Shown here: positions 48,618 through 57,988 of the stretch, piece by piece | Layout: each line of letters begins with the position of its first letter | Position numbering within the stretch: the first letter of the stretch is position 1 | Assembly (NCBI GenBank): GCA_013791935.1 | Contig: VMSV01000196.1 | Span: forward strand, 1,745 to 65,744 | Direction: 5' to 3' | DNA: 64,000 bases | Source: Desulfobacteraceae bacterium | Lineage (GTDB): Bacteria; Desulfobacterota; Desulfobacteria; Desulfobacterales; UBA5616 | Program-made: the position numbers and the translations under genes | Notes under the pieces: model-generated | The model's database searches: none | Seen by the model: only the letters and a program-made list of their open reading frames with translations | Told to the model about the DNA's origin: nothing

Positions 48618-49145
48618 TTAGAATTGTCCGGCTTCATGCTGCACATGAATCAGTTTTTTTGTGTCAAAACCCAGTTCCCCGGCTTTTTGAATCAGGTCTG
48701 TTTTAAGGGATTCGGGCATATCGGGCCTTCTGGCAAGGAGCCAGAAATAGGATCTGTTCGGACCGCAGACCATGGCGTACGAATACTGGTCCTGATCCAG
48801 ATCAATGATGTTGTACGCCCCGTAAAAAGGTCCGAAGAAAGACACTTTCAATCTGCCCACATGGGGGTCTTTCACAGAATAGGCTTTTCCTTCGGCTTGT
48901 TTCCATTTGCCGGTTTTTGGATTAAATCCCCGATTGATTACACGAATGCCGCCGTCCGATCTTATACTGTACTCTGCGGAAACCGAGTCAAGATCTTTTT
49001 CAAAGGAATGGTCCAGTCGGACGATCTCATACCAGGTTCCGAGATAACGTTGAAGTTCAAATCCCTTCACCGGGCTGATTCCTTTGGGGATCCCCACACA
49101 TCCAGGCAGGAAAATAAACATGAGAAAAAGAAAAATGTTTTTCAT
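48618..49145 (-). CDS. blc: Outer-membrane lipocalin Blc
   Basis: Lipobox LPGC, RYLGTWYEI.RLDH.FE, LKVSFFGPFYG.Y. Confidence 0.93.
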   Translation of the reverse strand: MKNIFLFLMFIFLPGCVGIPKGISPVKGFELQRYLGTWYEIVRLDHSFEKDLDSVSAEYSIRSDGGIRVINRGFNPKTGKWKQAEGKAYSVKDPHVGRLKVSFFGPFYGAYNIIDLDQDQYSYAMVCGPNRSYFWLLARRPDMPESLKTDLIQKAGELGFDTKKLIHVQHEAGQF

Positions 49146-49319
49146 TTACTTTCTCCGTATCCGATAGTAATAAAACCAATAGATTTAATAACGTTGGCAT
49201 ACCTTCATGGAAAGGGTATACCCTTTTTAAATCTCATATGCAAATGCAGAACAGCGCATTTCTAGAACGGCTTTGCTTTTTCCACGGACCACCATCTGTT
49301 TTAACAAAGGAGGGAACAT

Positions 49320-49742
49320 ATGTTGCGTAAGTGCCTATTATTTATGTTTGTGATTACCATGGGGGCTTTATTCATGGCTTGCGGTGACAAATACGGCGAA
49401 GCCGTGGATGTCAACAAGCAGTTTGCAGCCGCCATGGAGGAATACGTCATGGCTCTGGATAAGGCGGAAAACGCCCAGGCTGTGGCCAATGCCATGGACG
49501 ATTATACCGCCAAAATGGAAAAGATAGTCCCGAAAATGAAGAGCATTGCCGATAAATACCCGGAATTGAAAACCACCACCGAAGTGCCGGAAGAACTGAG
49601 AGTCAGCAGGGAAAAAGCCGAGGCCGCAGGTGGAAAAATGGCCGGGGCCATGATGAAGATGGTTCAATACATGACGGATCCCAAAGTGCTTGAAGCCCAA
49701 CAAAGGATGCAAAAGGCTATGACCGCATTAACCACAGAATGA
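49320..49742 (+). CDS. Helical lipoprotein of unknown function
   Basis: Lipobox FMAC; GGAGG RBS. Confidence 0.8.
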   Translation: MLRKCLLFMFVITMGALFMACGDKYGEAVDVNKQFAAAMEEYVMALDKAENAQAVANAMDDYTAKMEKIVPKMKSIADKYPELKTTTEVPEELRVSREKAEAAGGKMAGAMMKMVQYMTDPKVLEAQQRMQKAMTALTTE

Positions 49743-49745
49743 GCC

Positions 49746-49891
49746 TACAAGTTATCTCAAAATAATCTTTTGGCCCAAACTCTTCGTTGTCGGCAAATTT
49801 TAAATCCTCGAAATACTTAAGTATGTCTCCGGTTTAAAATTTACCTCCGCCTCGATTTTGAACCAAAATCTTTATTTTGAGATGGCTTGTA
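49746..49891. repeat. 146-bp palindromic MITE-like element
   Basis: Terminal inverted repeats TACAAGTTATCTCAAAATAA / TTATTTTGAGATGGCTTGTA (18/20) with nested internal inverted repeats; TA at both ends; related end at 34360-34380. Confidence 0.75.
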
Positions 49892-49907
49892 ACAACAACC
49901 CCATGTG

Positions 49908-49944
49908 AAAGGCCGGGATTTTTGCTGAAAAATTCCCGGCCTTT
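49908..49944. terminator. Bidirectional rho-independent terminator
   Basis: AAAGGCCGGGA...TCCCGGCCTTT with T-run. Confidence 0.75.
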
Positions 49945-49977
49945 TTATTTTTGCGCGTCCGGGGTGGCCCGGTGTAT

Positions 49978-50817
49978 TCAGGCAAAAATTTCCCCGAAGA
50001 TTTCCCCTTTGGCCACGCGAGTGACTGGTCCTGTAAGGGTGATGGCATAGTCCTCCGCGATTTCGATTTCCAGAATGCCGCCCGGCATGTGAACCGTGAT
50101 TCGATCATCGCAAAGGCCAAGTTTCCGGGCCACGGCGGCGGAAGCACTTGAACTGCTTCCGGAAGCCAGGGTGTATCCTGCCCCCCTTTCCCAGATTTCA
50201 ATCCGGATGTTGTTTCGATCCAGCACTTTCATAAACTGCACATTAATGCGATTGGGAAACCAGCCATGAACTTCCAGTTGGGCCCCCAGTCGACGAACCT
50301 CCATGGGTTCGAGATTTTCACAGGGAATTACGCAATGGGGGTTGCCGATGGTGGCGGCGCAGAAAACCAGATCCTTTCCATCGATGATAATGGTTTCATT
50401 GATCACCTCCCGGACAGGGCCTTTCACCGGAATCTCATCGCTTTGAAAGCTGACTTTGCCCATGTCCACTCGAATGGATTTGGCGCTTTTCGACAATTGG
50501 GCCTTCACGACACCGCCCGGGGTGGAAATGGTAAACGGGGCCTCTTTCACCAGGCCCAGATCCCACAGGTAACGGGCGAAAATTCGAATGCCATTGCCGC
50601 TTTTTTCTGCTTCACTGCCGTCTGGGTTGAAAATCCGCAACCCGAAATCACAGTCCGAAGAATGCATGGGGCCAAGCAGAATGCCGTCCGATCCCACCCC
50701 GAAATTTCGGTGGCAGATTCGAATAATCTTTTCTTCATCCAGCACCAAACCCTCCAGATCATCCGGATGGATCACGATATAATCATTTCCCAGAGCATGG
50801 TATTTTGAATACTTCAT
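49978..50817 (-). CDS. dapF: Diaminopimelate epimerase
   Basis: KYHALGNDY, G.GSDG, NPDGSEAEKSGNGIR, GNPHC, WERGAG.TLASG (Ser in place of both catalytic Cys). Confidence 0.92.
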   Translation of the reverse strand: MKYSKYHALGNDYIVIHPDDLEGLVLDEEKIIRICHRNFGVGSDGILLGPMHSSDCDFGLRIFNPDGSEAEKSGNGIRIFARYLWDLGLVKEAPFTISTPGGVVKAQLSKSAKSIRVDMGKVSFQSDEIPVKGPVREVINETIIIDGKDLVFCAATIGNPHCVIPCENLEPMEVRRLGAQLEVHGWFPNRINVQFMKVLDRNNIRIEIWERGAGYTLASGSSSSASAAVARKLGLCDDRITVHMPGGILEIEIAEDYAITLTGPVTRVAKGEIFGEIFA

Positions 50818-51201
50818 TTTGAAATCCTTTCTCAAGACCTTTCCATGGCACTGTCTAAATTCAACTGATCCTACTCCAACGGACAGGGGATATCAAGCCT
50901 GTGCAGGTATAAATTTGTGAGTACTTTCCACGGGGAATCCGGTGGAAGTAACATGGACCATGAGCACGAAACCCCGGAAATCATGGCCGGTGGATTCTCC
51001 ATAGGATAAAGATGGCCACCACCGCCTTTCAAAACAAGAAAATGGATTCAAAAAAGATTTGAGTTCTGTCCATTCTGACCGATAAGATCAATTATATCCA
51101 GCTACATTTTTGCATTTCTTCCCCTGTGGAAAAGAGAATGAAAAAAGGTTGAGAAAGTTGGCGAATCGGGGAAACAACTATTTTAACAAAAGGGAAAAAA
51201 T

Positions 51202-52860
51202 ATGTTCAATGATGCGAAATTAGGCACGAAATTGATGGCGGGTTTTTCTGCAGTGGCGTTGATCACCTTAATTTTAGGCTTATCGGGTTATTATGGTGCA
51301 GTCAAGAACGGAGATTCGGTAAGTGCAATCGGGCGAGTGAAGCTTCCCGGCGTGAAAAGCCTGCTGACCATGAGCCAGTCGCAGACGGCGGTTGTGGTAG
51401 GGGAAAGTGGACTCATCAACCGGCGAATGATGGACCATGAAATCCGGCAATCCAATTACCGGTATATAGATGAGGCGTTTGCGAGGGCGCAGGAGGCATG
51501 GCGTATCTATGAAACCCTGCCTAAAACCACGGAAGAAGAGGAAGTGTTCAAGCGGTTTGTTCCGGAATGGGAAAAATGGAAGAATGCTCACGGGGTGGTC
51601 CGAAGCTTGTCCGAGGACAAAGACCGTATGATTGCTTCCGGCATTCCTCAAAGCGATCCCAAGATTGATGAAATCGACAAGAAAAATTTCGGTGAAATGC
51701 TTAAGGCCAGGGAGTCTTTTTTGTCTTCCGAGGCCCTGCTTAACAAACTCGTACAAATCAACAGCGAAAGTGCCCAAAGTGTGGCAACCCAAGCCCTGGA
51801 ACAAAGTGCATCCCTGAAAATTTTTACCCTTATCTCGTCCATTGCCGGGGTGCTGCTGGCCATTGTTTTAGGGCTTCTCATCACCCGCTCCATCACTAGA
51901 CCCATCCATAGAATTATCGCAGGCCTCAGCTCCGGAGCAGGCAAGGTGGCCTCGGCTTCCGAACAGGTTTCTTCAGCCAGCCAGTCCCTGGCCCAAGGCG
52001 CCAGTGAACAGGCCGCATCCATTGAAGAAACAGCTGCATCTCTGGAGGAAATGGCTGCCATGACCAAGCAGAATGAGGATAGCGCAAGGCAGGCGGATAT
52101 ATTGATGGGTGAAAGCAAGGAAGTGGTTTCCAGGGCAAATGCATCCATGGAGTCCTTGACAGGGTCCATGAATGAGATCTCCAAAGCCAGTGAAGAGACC
52201 TCAAAAATTGTAAAGACCATCGACGAGATTGCATTTCAGACCAATCTTCTGGCGTTGAATGCGGCGGTTGAGGCGGCAAGAGCCGGAGAGGCTGGAGCCG
52301 GGTTCGCCGTGGTGGCCGACGAAGTCAGGAATCTTGCCATGCGCGCGGCTGAAGCGGCGAAGAATACAGCTGCGCTGATCGAAGGAACCGTTAGAAAAGT
52401 CAAGGATGGCTCGGGGTTGGTGAGCATGACCAATGAGGCTTTTCATCAGGTCGCTGAAAGCTCATTAAAAGTGGCCGGGTTGGTGGGAGATATTGCCGCC
52501 GCATCCAAAGAACAGACCCATGGCATTGAAGAGGTCAACACTGCGGTGATCGAGATGGACAAGGTGACCCAGGAAAATGCGTCCAATGCCGAAGAATCCG
52601 CATCCGCCTCAGAGGAATTGAGCGCCCAGGCCCTGAAGATGCAGACCATGGTGAATAAACTCATGGCCATGACGGGTACTTTCATTATTGGGAGCGTGCA
52701 AAAGGAGAAAAAACCAGCGGCCGTACCCGGGACTGTGAAAGCCCTCGCCCCGAAGGGAAAGAACAGGATGAAGGTTCCAAGGCTTCCGGCCATCCAAAAG
52801 AATGGAAATTCGCCGGAGCAGGTCATCCCCTTTGATGAAGATGACCTCGCCGGTTTTTAA
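51202..52860 (+). CDS. Methyl-accepting chemotaxis protein (4HB sensor)
   Basis: [37 protein letters not shown]; two TMs; C-terminal pentapeptide-like DLAGF. Confidence 0.95.
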   Translation: MFNDAKLGTKLMAGFSAVALITLILGLSGYYGAVKNGDSVSAIGRVKLPGVKSLLTMSQSQTAVVVGESGLINRRMMDHEIRQSNYRYIDEAFARAQEAWRIYETLPKTTEEEEVFKRFVPEWEKWKNAHGVVRSLSEDKDRMIASGIPQSDPKIDEIDKKNFGEMLKARESFLSSEALLNKLVQINSESAQSVATQALEQSASLKIFTLISSIAGVLLAIVLGLLITRSITRPIHRIIAGLSSGAGKVASASEQVSSASQSLAQGASEQAASIEETAASLEEMAAMTKQNEDSARQADILMGESKEVVSRANASMESLTGSMNEISKASEETSKIVKTIDEIAFQTNLLALNAAVEAARAGEAGAGFAVVADEVRNLAMRAAEAAKNTAALIEGTVRKVKDGSGLVSMTNEAFHQVAESSLKVAGLVGDIAAASKEQTHGIEEVNTAVIEMDKVTQENASNAEESASASEELSAQALKMQTMVNKLMAMTGTFIIGSVQKEKKPAAVPGTVKALAPKGKNRMKVPRLPAIQKNGNSPEQVIPFDEDDLAGF

Positions 52861-52893
52861 TTCGGTTTAAGCAACCCCCGTCATCGGGAAATC

Positions 52894-52923
52894 AAGGGCC
52901 GCCCGGATAGGTGGCCCTTTTTC
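52894..52923. terminator. Rho-independent terminator
   Basis: AAGGGCCGCC-CGGATA-GGTGGCCCTT followed by T-run. Confidence 0.7.
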
Positions 52924-52932
52924 TTTCCGCGC

Positions 52933-53343
52933 CTATGCCAGTTTCTTCCCGGCGCCCGGTCCGGGGGATACTCCGAAAATCTCCTCAATTTTCAAAATCA
53001 CAGCGCCCTTGGACTTTAAGGGAAAACCCGCCTTATTGCCCATCTCTTCAATCCATTTGGCGGTTTCTTCATAGCGTTTTCCGGTGGTTTCAATGGTTAC
53101 CGTGCCTTTGATCTGATACCCCTCATGACCTTCCCAGAAGGTGACGGCCACCTTGGGATTGGCTTTGATGTTGGCCAGGGTTTTGTTCAAAAACTGATCT
53201 GAAATAAGGATGGTTTCGCTATCGATGATTTTTTTTGCTCCCACGGGAACCGCATTGGGGGTTCCGTCGGCTGTTGCCGTGACAAGCACCGCAGCAGGGA
53301 CCTTATTCAATAATTCCATCATTCTTTCCGTCATTTGTGCCAT
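52933..53343 (-). CDS. Pyridoxamine 5'-phosphate oxidase-like FMN-binding protein
   Basis: TA..DGTPNAVP, KT.ANI.ANPKVAV, GYQIKG, PGP.AG. Confidence 0.88.
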   Translation of the reverse strand: MAQMTERMMELLNKVPAAVLVTATADGTPNAVPVGAKKIIDSETILISDQFLNKTLANIKANPKVAVTFWEGHEGYQIKGTVTIETTGKRYEETAKWIEEMGNKAGFPLKSKGAVILKIEEIFGVSPGPGAGKKLA

Positions 53344-53361
53344 TTTTCCGTCCTCCTTTTT

Positions 53362-54621
53362 TTAAGACCATTCAAAATCATAATACCCCAAAGCCGTATC
53401 CAGCATGGCCCTGTGGGGTCCGCCCAGCCACAGGCTGAGTATTTTAACATCCCTTAAATATTTTTCAATATGGTAGTCAAATGCATACCCGTAAGATCCC
53501 ATGAGTTCCATGGCATGATGGGTCACCCATTCGGTGGCTGCGCAGGCATAGGCCTTGGCCGACGAGCATTTGGACAACAATACGGGCTCCCCCGAGCTTC
53601 CGAATTTGCCGGAGCCCACCATCTTCCCCACCTGTTGGGCATAGGCTCTGGCGGATTCGATCTTCTGGGCCATCTCCCCCAGAATGGAGGCATGCAAGGA
53701 CCGGGACCGAACAGGGCGCCCTGCGATTTCCCTGGTTTTGGTCCATTTCAGAACGATTTCAAAGCAAGCCTGGGCCGCTCCCAGAGCCATGTGGCAGGTA
53801 CCCAGACGACCCATGCCCACGATATCGTGAAGGATTTTGGCATCCTTGCCTGGCCCGGCCACCCGGTATTTCTTCGGAACCCGGACATGGTCAAAAAAGA
53901 TTTCCGTATTCACATCCGTATAACACATGCCCATTTTTTCATAGGGCTTGCTGAAGGTCATGCCCGGGGCATCCGGCGGCACATAAATCAGGGCCACCCC
54001 GTCATCCCCTGTTCCGGGATCCGTGCTGCACACCACACAATAGGCGATATCGGCCTTGCTGGCACCGCTGGGCCATATTTTGTGCCCGTTGATCACCCAA
54101 TGATCCCCGTCTTCCTCGGCCAGGGTATGAATGGTTCTGCCGTGCTGGGTGGGGTCTTCCGCGTTGGTTCCACCGGTAGGTTCGGTGATGGCCATGCAGC
54201 AGCCGTGGGGCCGATCATCACAAATCTTGGGCACAAACTCCTGCAAAAGGTCCATTCTTCTGCCCCGCATGGCCCCGGACATGGCCCAGTTGATGATGGA
54301 CATGTGGGTAGCAAGTCCCACATCCCCCCGTGCAATTTCCTCGATGATCATGTTGTAAACCGTACCGCTGACCCCCAGACCCCCGAGCTTTTCCGGCCAC
54401 GTGGCCCGTTGAACGCCTAAATCCACCAGCCCCTGCTGAATTTTATGAAATGTCTTCCCGGCGAGTTCTTCGTCCCGGTGCCATCCCCCTTCCAAATCCT
54501 GGCGCCGGGGCATGATTTCACCATCCACAAATTCGCGGACGGCCCCGACAATCCGCAGATCATCATCTGTGATATCCAGAGCGCCCAGATATTGTTTTCT
54601 TAGATCAAGCAGTGATGCCAT
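53362..54621 (-). CDS. Acyl-CoA dehydrogenase family protein
   Basis: AITEP.GG, INGHKIW, KMG, MGSYGY, EKYLRD. Confidence 0.9.
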   Translation of the reverse strand: MASLLDLRKQYLGALDITDDDLRIVGAVREFVDGEIMPRRQDLEGGWHRDEELAGKTFHKIQQGLVDLGVQRATWPEKLGGLGVSGTVYNMIIEEIARGDVGLATHMSIINWAMSGAMRGRRMDLLQEFVPKICDDRPHGCCMAITEPTGGTNAEDPTQHGRTIHTLAEEDGDHWVINGHKIWPSGASKADIAYCVVCSTDPGTGDDGVALIYVPPDAPGMTFSKPYEKMGMCYTDVNTEIFFDHVRVPKKYRVAGPGKDAKILHDIVGMGRLGTCHMALGAAQACFEIVLKWTKTREIAGRPVRSRSLHASILGEMAQKIESARAYAQQVGKMVGSGKFGSSGEPVLLSKCSSAKAYACAATEWVTHHAMELMGSYGYAFDYHIEKYLRDVKILSLWLGGPHRAMLDTALGYYDFEWS

Positions 54622-54759
54622 AGGGTATTTTCCTTCCGTTCAGGTCCATTTGTGGTTGGAGATCTATTGGAACAGGAACAACCTTAGCGTGAAAAGCCTA
54701 TAAAATAAAGCACCATCAACGGCATTTAACGCCTGTTTTGCGTCATTCCGTGGGAAGGA

Positions 54760-55170
54760 CTACTCCTCAATGGGCCCATAAACCTTCAATTTATATTTAA
54801 TATTGTCCGGCTGAATGAGCATTTCTTTTATTTTTGAGGCTTTCACGGAATCAATGCCAGGGATCTGAATCAGGATTCTTATGCTTCCCTTCTGTCGAAC
54901 CGTGGCACCCGGAATATCGAGGCCTTGGACCCGTGCCTGATATTCTATCAAGGTTTTCTCCATGGCCAGTTTTATTTCCTCTTTGGTGAGCTCTTCAACC
55001 ATTATTTTTACAATAAACCCTGTTCCTTTAATGCGTTCATCGGGCATGGTTCTATCAATCCGGTTTTCAAAGGCAAAATAAAAACCAAGCCCGCAGAGGG
55101 CGATCACCATCAAACTTCTCCAGTTCATGATCTTTATAAATTGCATATTAACCATCCAAATTGAGGTCAT
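54760..55170 (-). CDS. Small membrane-anchored protein with a SecD P1-like subdomain
   Basis: One TM then RVQGLDIPGATVRQKGSIRILIQIPGI; ATGA overlap with Fe-S gene. Confidence 0.55.
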   Translation of the reverse strand: MTSIWMVNMQFIKIMNWRSLMVIALCGLGFYFAFENRIDRTMPDERIKGTGFIVKIMVEELTKEEIKLAMEKTLIEYQARVQGLDIPGATVRQKGSIRILIQIPGIDSVKASKIKEMLIQPDNIKYKLKVYGPIEE

Positions 55171-55727
55171 CCTGCTTTTTTAGGTTTGAAGATCACAGCA
55201 GGTTTTGTTCGGGCAGAATAGGTGAACCCTTCGGCCTCCGTGATCTCCCCGTATTTTGCTTTCAAATCATCCCATGATCCTGTGTCAAAGGCGCGGGTTG
55301 GGCAGGCTTCTACGCAAACAGGCAGCTTTCCTTCCATCCATCGTTCCAGGCAGAAATCACATTTGGTCATCTTGGCTTCCGGTTCCGGCCCGAACTGGGG
55401 GGCATCATAGGGACAGGCTTTTAAACATTTACTTCCGCAGCCCTCTTTGCCCATGCAGGCTTCCTGGTCTACCACCACAATGCCGTCTTCCGGTCTTTTT
55501 TGAATGGCGTCTACTGGGCAGGCCGGAACGCACACCGGGGAAATGCAGTGATAGCAGGGAACAGCCAGATATCCCACAAAAAGCGCCGGAAATTGTCCTT
55601 TTTCCGTGTAAACCAGCCGCATCCACTTTTCCGGCCCCGGCGCGATGTCGTTCCAGTCCTTGCAGGCCACCATGCAGGCGCTGCATCCCGTGCATCTTGT
55701 CTGGTCAAAATAAAATCCCGTTTGCAT
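55167..55727 (-). CDS. DmsB-like 4Fe-4S electron transfer subunit
   Basis: CTGCSACMVACK, CYHC..P.CV.ACP, C.G...C.KACPY, KCDFC...CVEACP. Confidence 0.92.
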   Translation of the reverse strand: MQTGFYFDQTRCTGCSACMVACKDWNDIAPGPEKWMRLVYTEKGQFPALFVGYLAVPCYHCISPVCVPACPVDAIQKRPEDGIVVVDQEACMGKEGCGSKCLKACPYDAPQFGPEPEAKMTKCDFCLERWMEGKLPVCVEACPTRAFDTGSWDDLKAKYGEITEAEGFTYSARTKPAVIFKPKKAG

Positions 55728-55743
55728 GTGCTTTGCCCTCCTG

Positions 55744-57969
55744 TTATATTTTTTTTACTTCAACCAGCACGGTTTTTAAGGCTGAGGCTCCCGCCGGCGA
55801 ATAATCATCCAGGGTAAGGGTGTTGGCGCAGCCCCCCTGATCCACACCGTCCTCATCCGGAGCATACCAGGCCCCTTCGGTGACGGCAATCACTCCGGGA
55901 ATGATCCTTCGGGTCACCCAGGCCTCGATGGCGAGGGTCCCCCGGTCATTAAACACATGCATACGATCCCCGGTTTGAATGCCCCTTTGATCGGCATCCA
56001 CGGGATTGATCCAGGCCCGGTGGGGTTCCACCTCAGCGAGCCATTCCACTTTATACATGGTGGAATGGGTTCGGCTCCGGGGATGGGGAGACATCATCTG
56101 AAGGGGATATTTTTCAATCAAAGGATCAAACCGGTCTTCCCGGACCCTTCGGTATTTGGGAATGGGTGGTACATTTTCAGGATCATGGAGGTCTGCGGCC
56201 CGTTGGGAGAAGATTTCGATCCTGCCTGAAGGGGTTTGGAACGGGTTGTTCTCAATATCGTCGATCTGGTCTTTGAAAGCAACGATGGGGGTTTTGAGTT
56301 CTACCCGGTGAACCCCTTGTTTTTTGAAGGTGTCATAATCCGGGATCCCTTTTCCGGTTTCCGGATTATTTTCAATGAACATGCGAAGGTATTCATCATC
56401 GGTCAAGGGTTTGAAATCTTTTATGCCTAATTTCTCCGCCAGCTCAGCTGCGATGGTAAGGTCGGACTTGCATTCACCCAGGGGTTCAATGGCCTGGTTC
56501 ATGAAAAGATAATAAGGCCCGGAAGGCCAGGGCCGTACGGTGTCGGTCCTTTCCGCAGAAGAGGTTACGGGAAGGATAATGTCCGCATAACGGGCCGTGG
56601 GGGTCATGAACAGGTCATTGACCACCATGAAGTCCAAGCCTTCATAGGCTTTGGCCGCCTTGTTGGCATTGCCCAGCTGATTTAAATGATTGCAGCCGAT
56701 GGTGAAGACGAATTTGATATCAAATGGATAACCGCCTGCCTTGCCCTTCAGCATGGCGTCATGCATCACATTGGTATGGACCCGCTTTATCAGCCGCAGG
56801 TTCAAATCCAGGGTGCCCCGAATGGACGGGCCGCCGGCTTCCACCGGGTTTTTTCCTGCTGGAATGGCGGACCCGAAGAACATGTGTCCCAGGGGAATAC
56901 CCATGAGACCCCCGGCAGCCGAGCCGCCGTGTTTCCCCGTGTTCCCCGTCATGTTGGTTAGCGTCATGGCAAACCGGTTATACTGCTCCCCGATGGCGGA
57001 TCGGGCAGGCCCCTGGCAGTCCATGAGGCAAGCCGGTTGGGTGAGGGCGTATTCCCTGGCAATCCGTTCAATGGTTGCTGCCGGAACACCCGTGATGGCC
57101 TCGGCCCAGGCCGGGGTTTTGGCAATGCCGTCTTCATCTCCCATCACGTAATCCTTGAACTTTTCAAAACCCGTGGTGTATTTGTCCAGAAAGCCTTGGT
57201 CCTGAAGATTCTCCCGGATCATCACATGGGCCATGGCCGCCATCATGGCCGTGTCCGTGCCGGGGTAGATGGGAATCCACTCATCCGCCACCACCGCAGC
57301 CGTGTCTGAATATCGGGGGTCAATGGCCACGACCCGAGCTCCGTTTTCCTTGGCCTTGATGAGATGATACATGGTATTGGTGCCGGAGATCATGCGGGCC
57401 GGGTCCCAGCCCCAGAGGAGAATGAGTTTTGAATTCATCATGTCTTCCCGGCTGTGCCCCACCATCACCGACCCGTAATGGGTCAGGCAAGCCCACACGG
57501 CCCCTTCGGAGGATACATTGCCGTAATGAGAGGAATATCCTCCCAGGTGATTGAGCAGCCTTGCAAAAGCCGATCCTCCGCCGTGCAGGGACGCCTGATA
57601 ACCGCCGCCGGTGTTGAGAAAAACGCTGGAATTCCCATAGGTATCGATGGAGTGTTTTAGCTTCTCAATAATGGTTCCGTAAGCCTCATCCCATGTGATG
57701 CGGGTGAACTCCCCCTTGCCCTTGGGACCGGTTCTTTTCATGGGATAAAGGAGCCGTTCGGGATGGTAAATGTACTTCCGCAGGGCCCGGCATCTTAGGC
57801 AGGTCCGTAACTGATCCTCAGGGCCTGCCGTGTCGTCACCCTCCACCCGGACGATCTTGCCTTCTTTTACATGCAGCCGTAAAGGACATCTCCCGCCGCA
57901 GTCAAAGGCGGCGCAGGTTCGAACAATGCTTTCCTCATCATTATCGGGATTGATTTTTATGGTATCCAT
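55744..57969 (-). CDS. DmsA-like molybdopterin oxidoreductase catalytic subunit, no Tat signal
   Basis: CAAFDCGGRC...CLR, RLLYPMKR, PGTD.A, TPTARYADIILP, TPSGRIEIFS; AGGAGG RBS before 57969. Confidence 0.92.
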   Translation of the reverse strand: MDTIKINPDNDEESIVRTCAAFDCGGRCPLRLHVKEGKIVRVEGDDTAGPEDQLRTCLRCRALRKYIYHPERLLYPMKRTGPKGKGEFTRITWDEAYGTIIEKLKHSIDTYGNSSVFLNTGGGYQASLHGGGSAFARLLNHLGGYSSHYGNVSSEGAVWACLTHYGSVMVGHSREDMMNSKLILLWGWDPARMISGTNTMYHLIKAKENGARVVAIDPRYSDTAAVVADEWIPIYPGTDTAMMAAMAHVMIRENLQDQGFLDKYTTGFEKFKDYVMGDEDGIAKTPAWAEAITGVPAATIERIAREYALTQPACLMDCQGPARSAIGEQYNRFAMTLTNMTGNTGKHGGSAAGGLMGIPLGHMFFGSAIPAGKNPVEAGGPSIRGTLDLNLRLIKRVHTNVMHDAMLKGKAGGYPFDIKFVFTIGCNHLNQLGNANKAAKAYEGLDFMVVNDLFMTPTARYADIILPVTSSAERTDTVRPWPSGPYYLFMNQAIEPLGECKSDLTIAAELAEKLGIKDFKPLTDDEYLRMFIENNPETGKGIPDYDTFKKQGVHRVELKTPIVAFKDQIDDIENNPFQTPSGRIEIFSQRAADLHDPENVPPIPKYRRVREDRFDPLIEKYPLQMMSPHPRSRTHSTMYKVEWLAEVEPHRAWINPVDADQRGIQTGDRMHVFNDRGTLAIEAWVTRRIIPGVIAVTEGAWYAPDEDGVDQGGCANTLTLDDYSPAGASALKTVLVEVKKI

Positions 57970-57988
57970 TTGATCCTCCTGGTGAGGG

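Noticed and set aside
54760-55170. secD gene
   Set aside because: Only 136 aa with one TM; lacks the SecD membrane domain and yajC/secF context.
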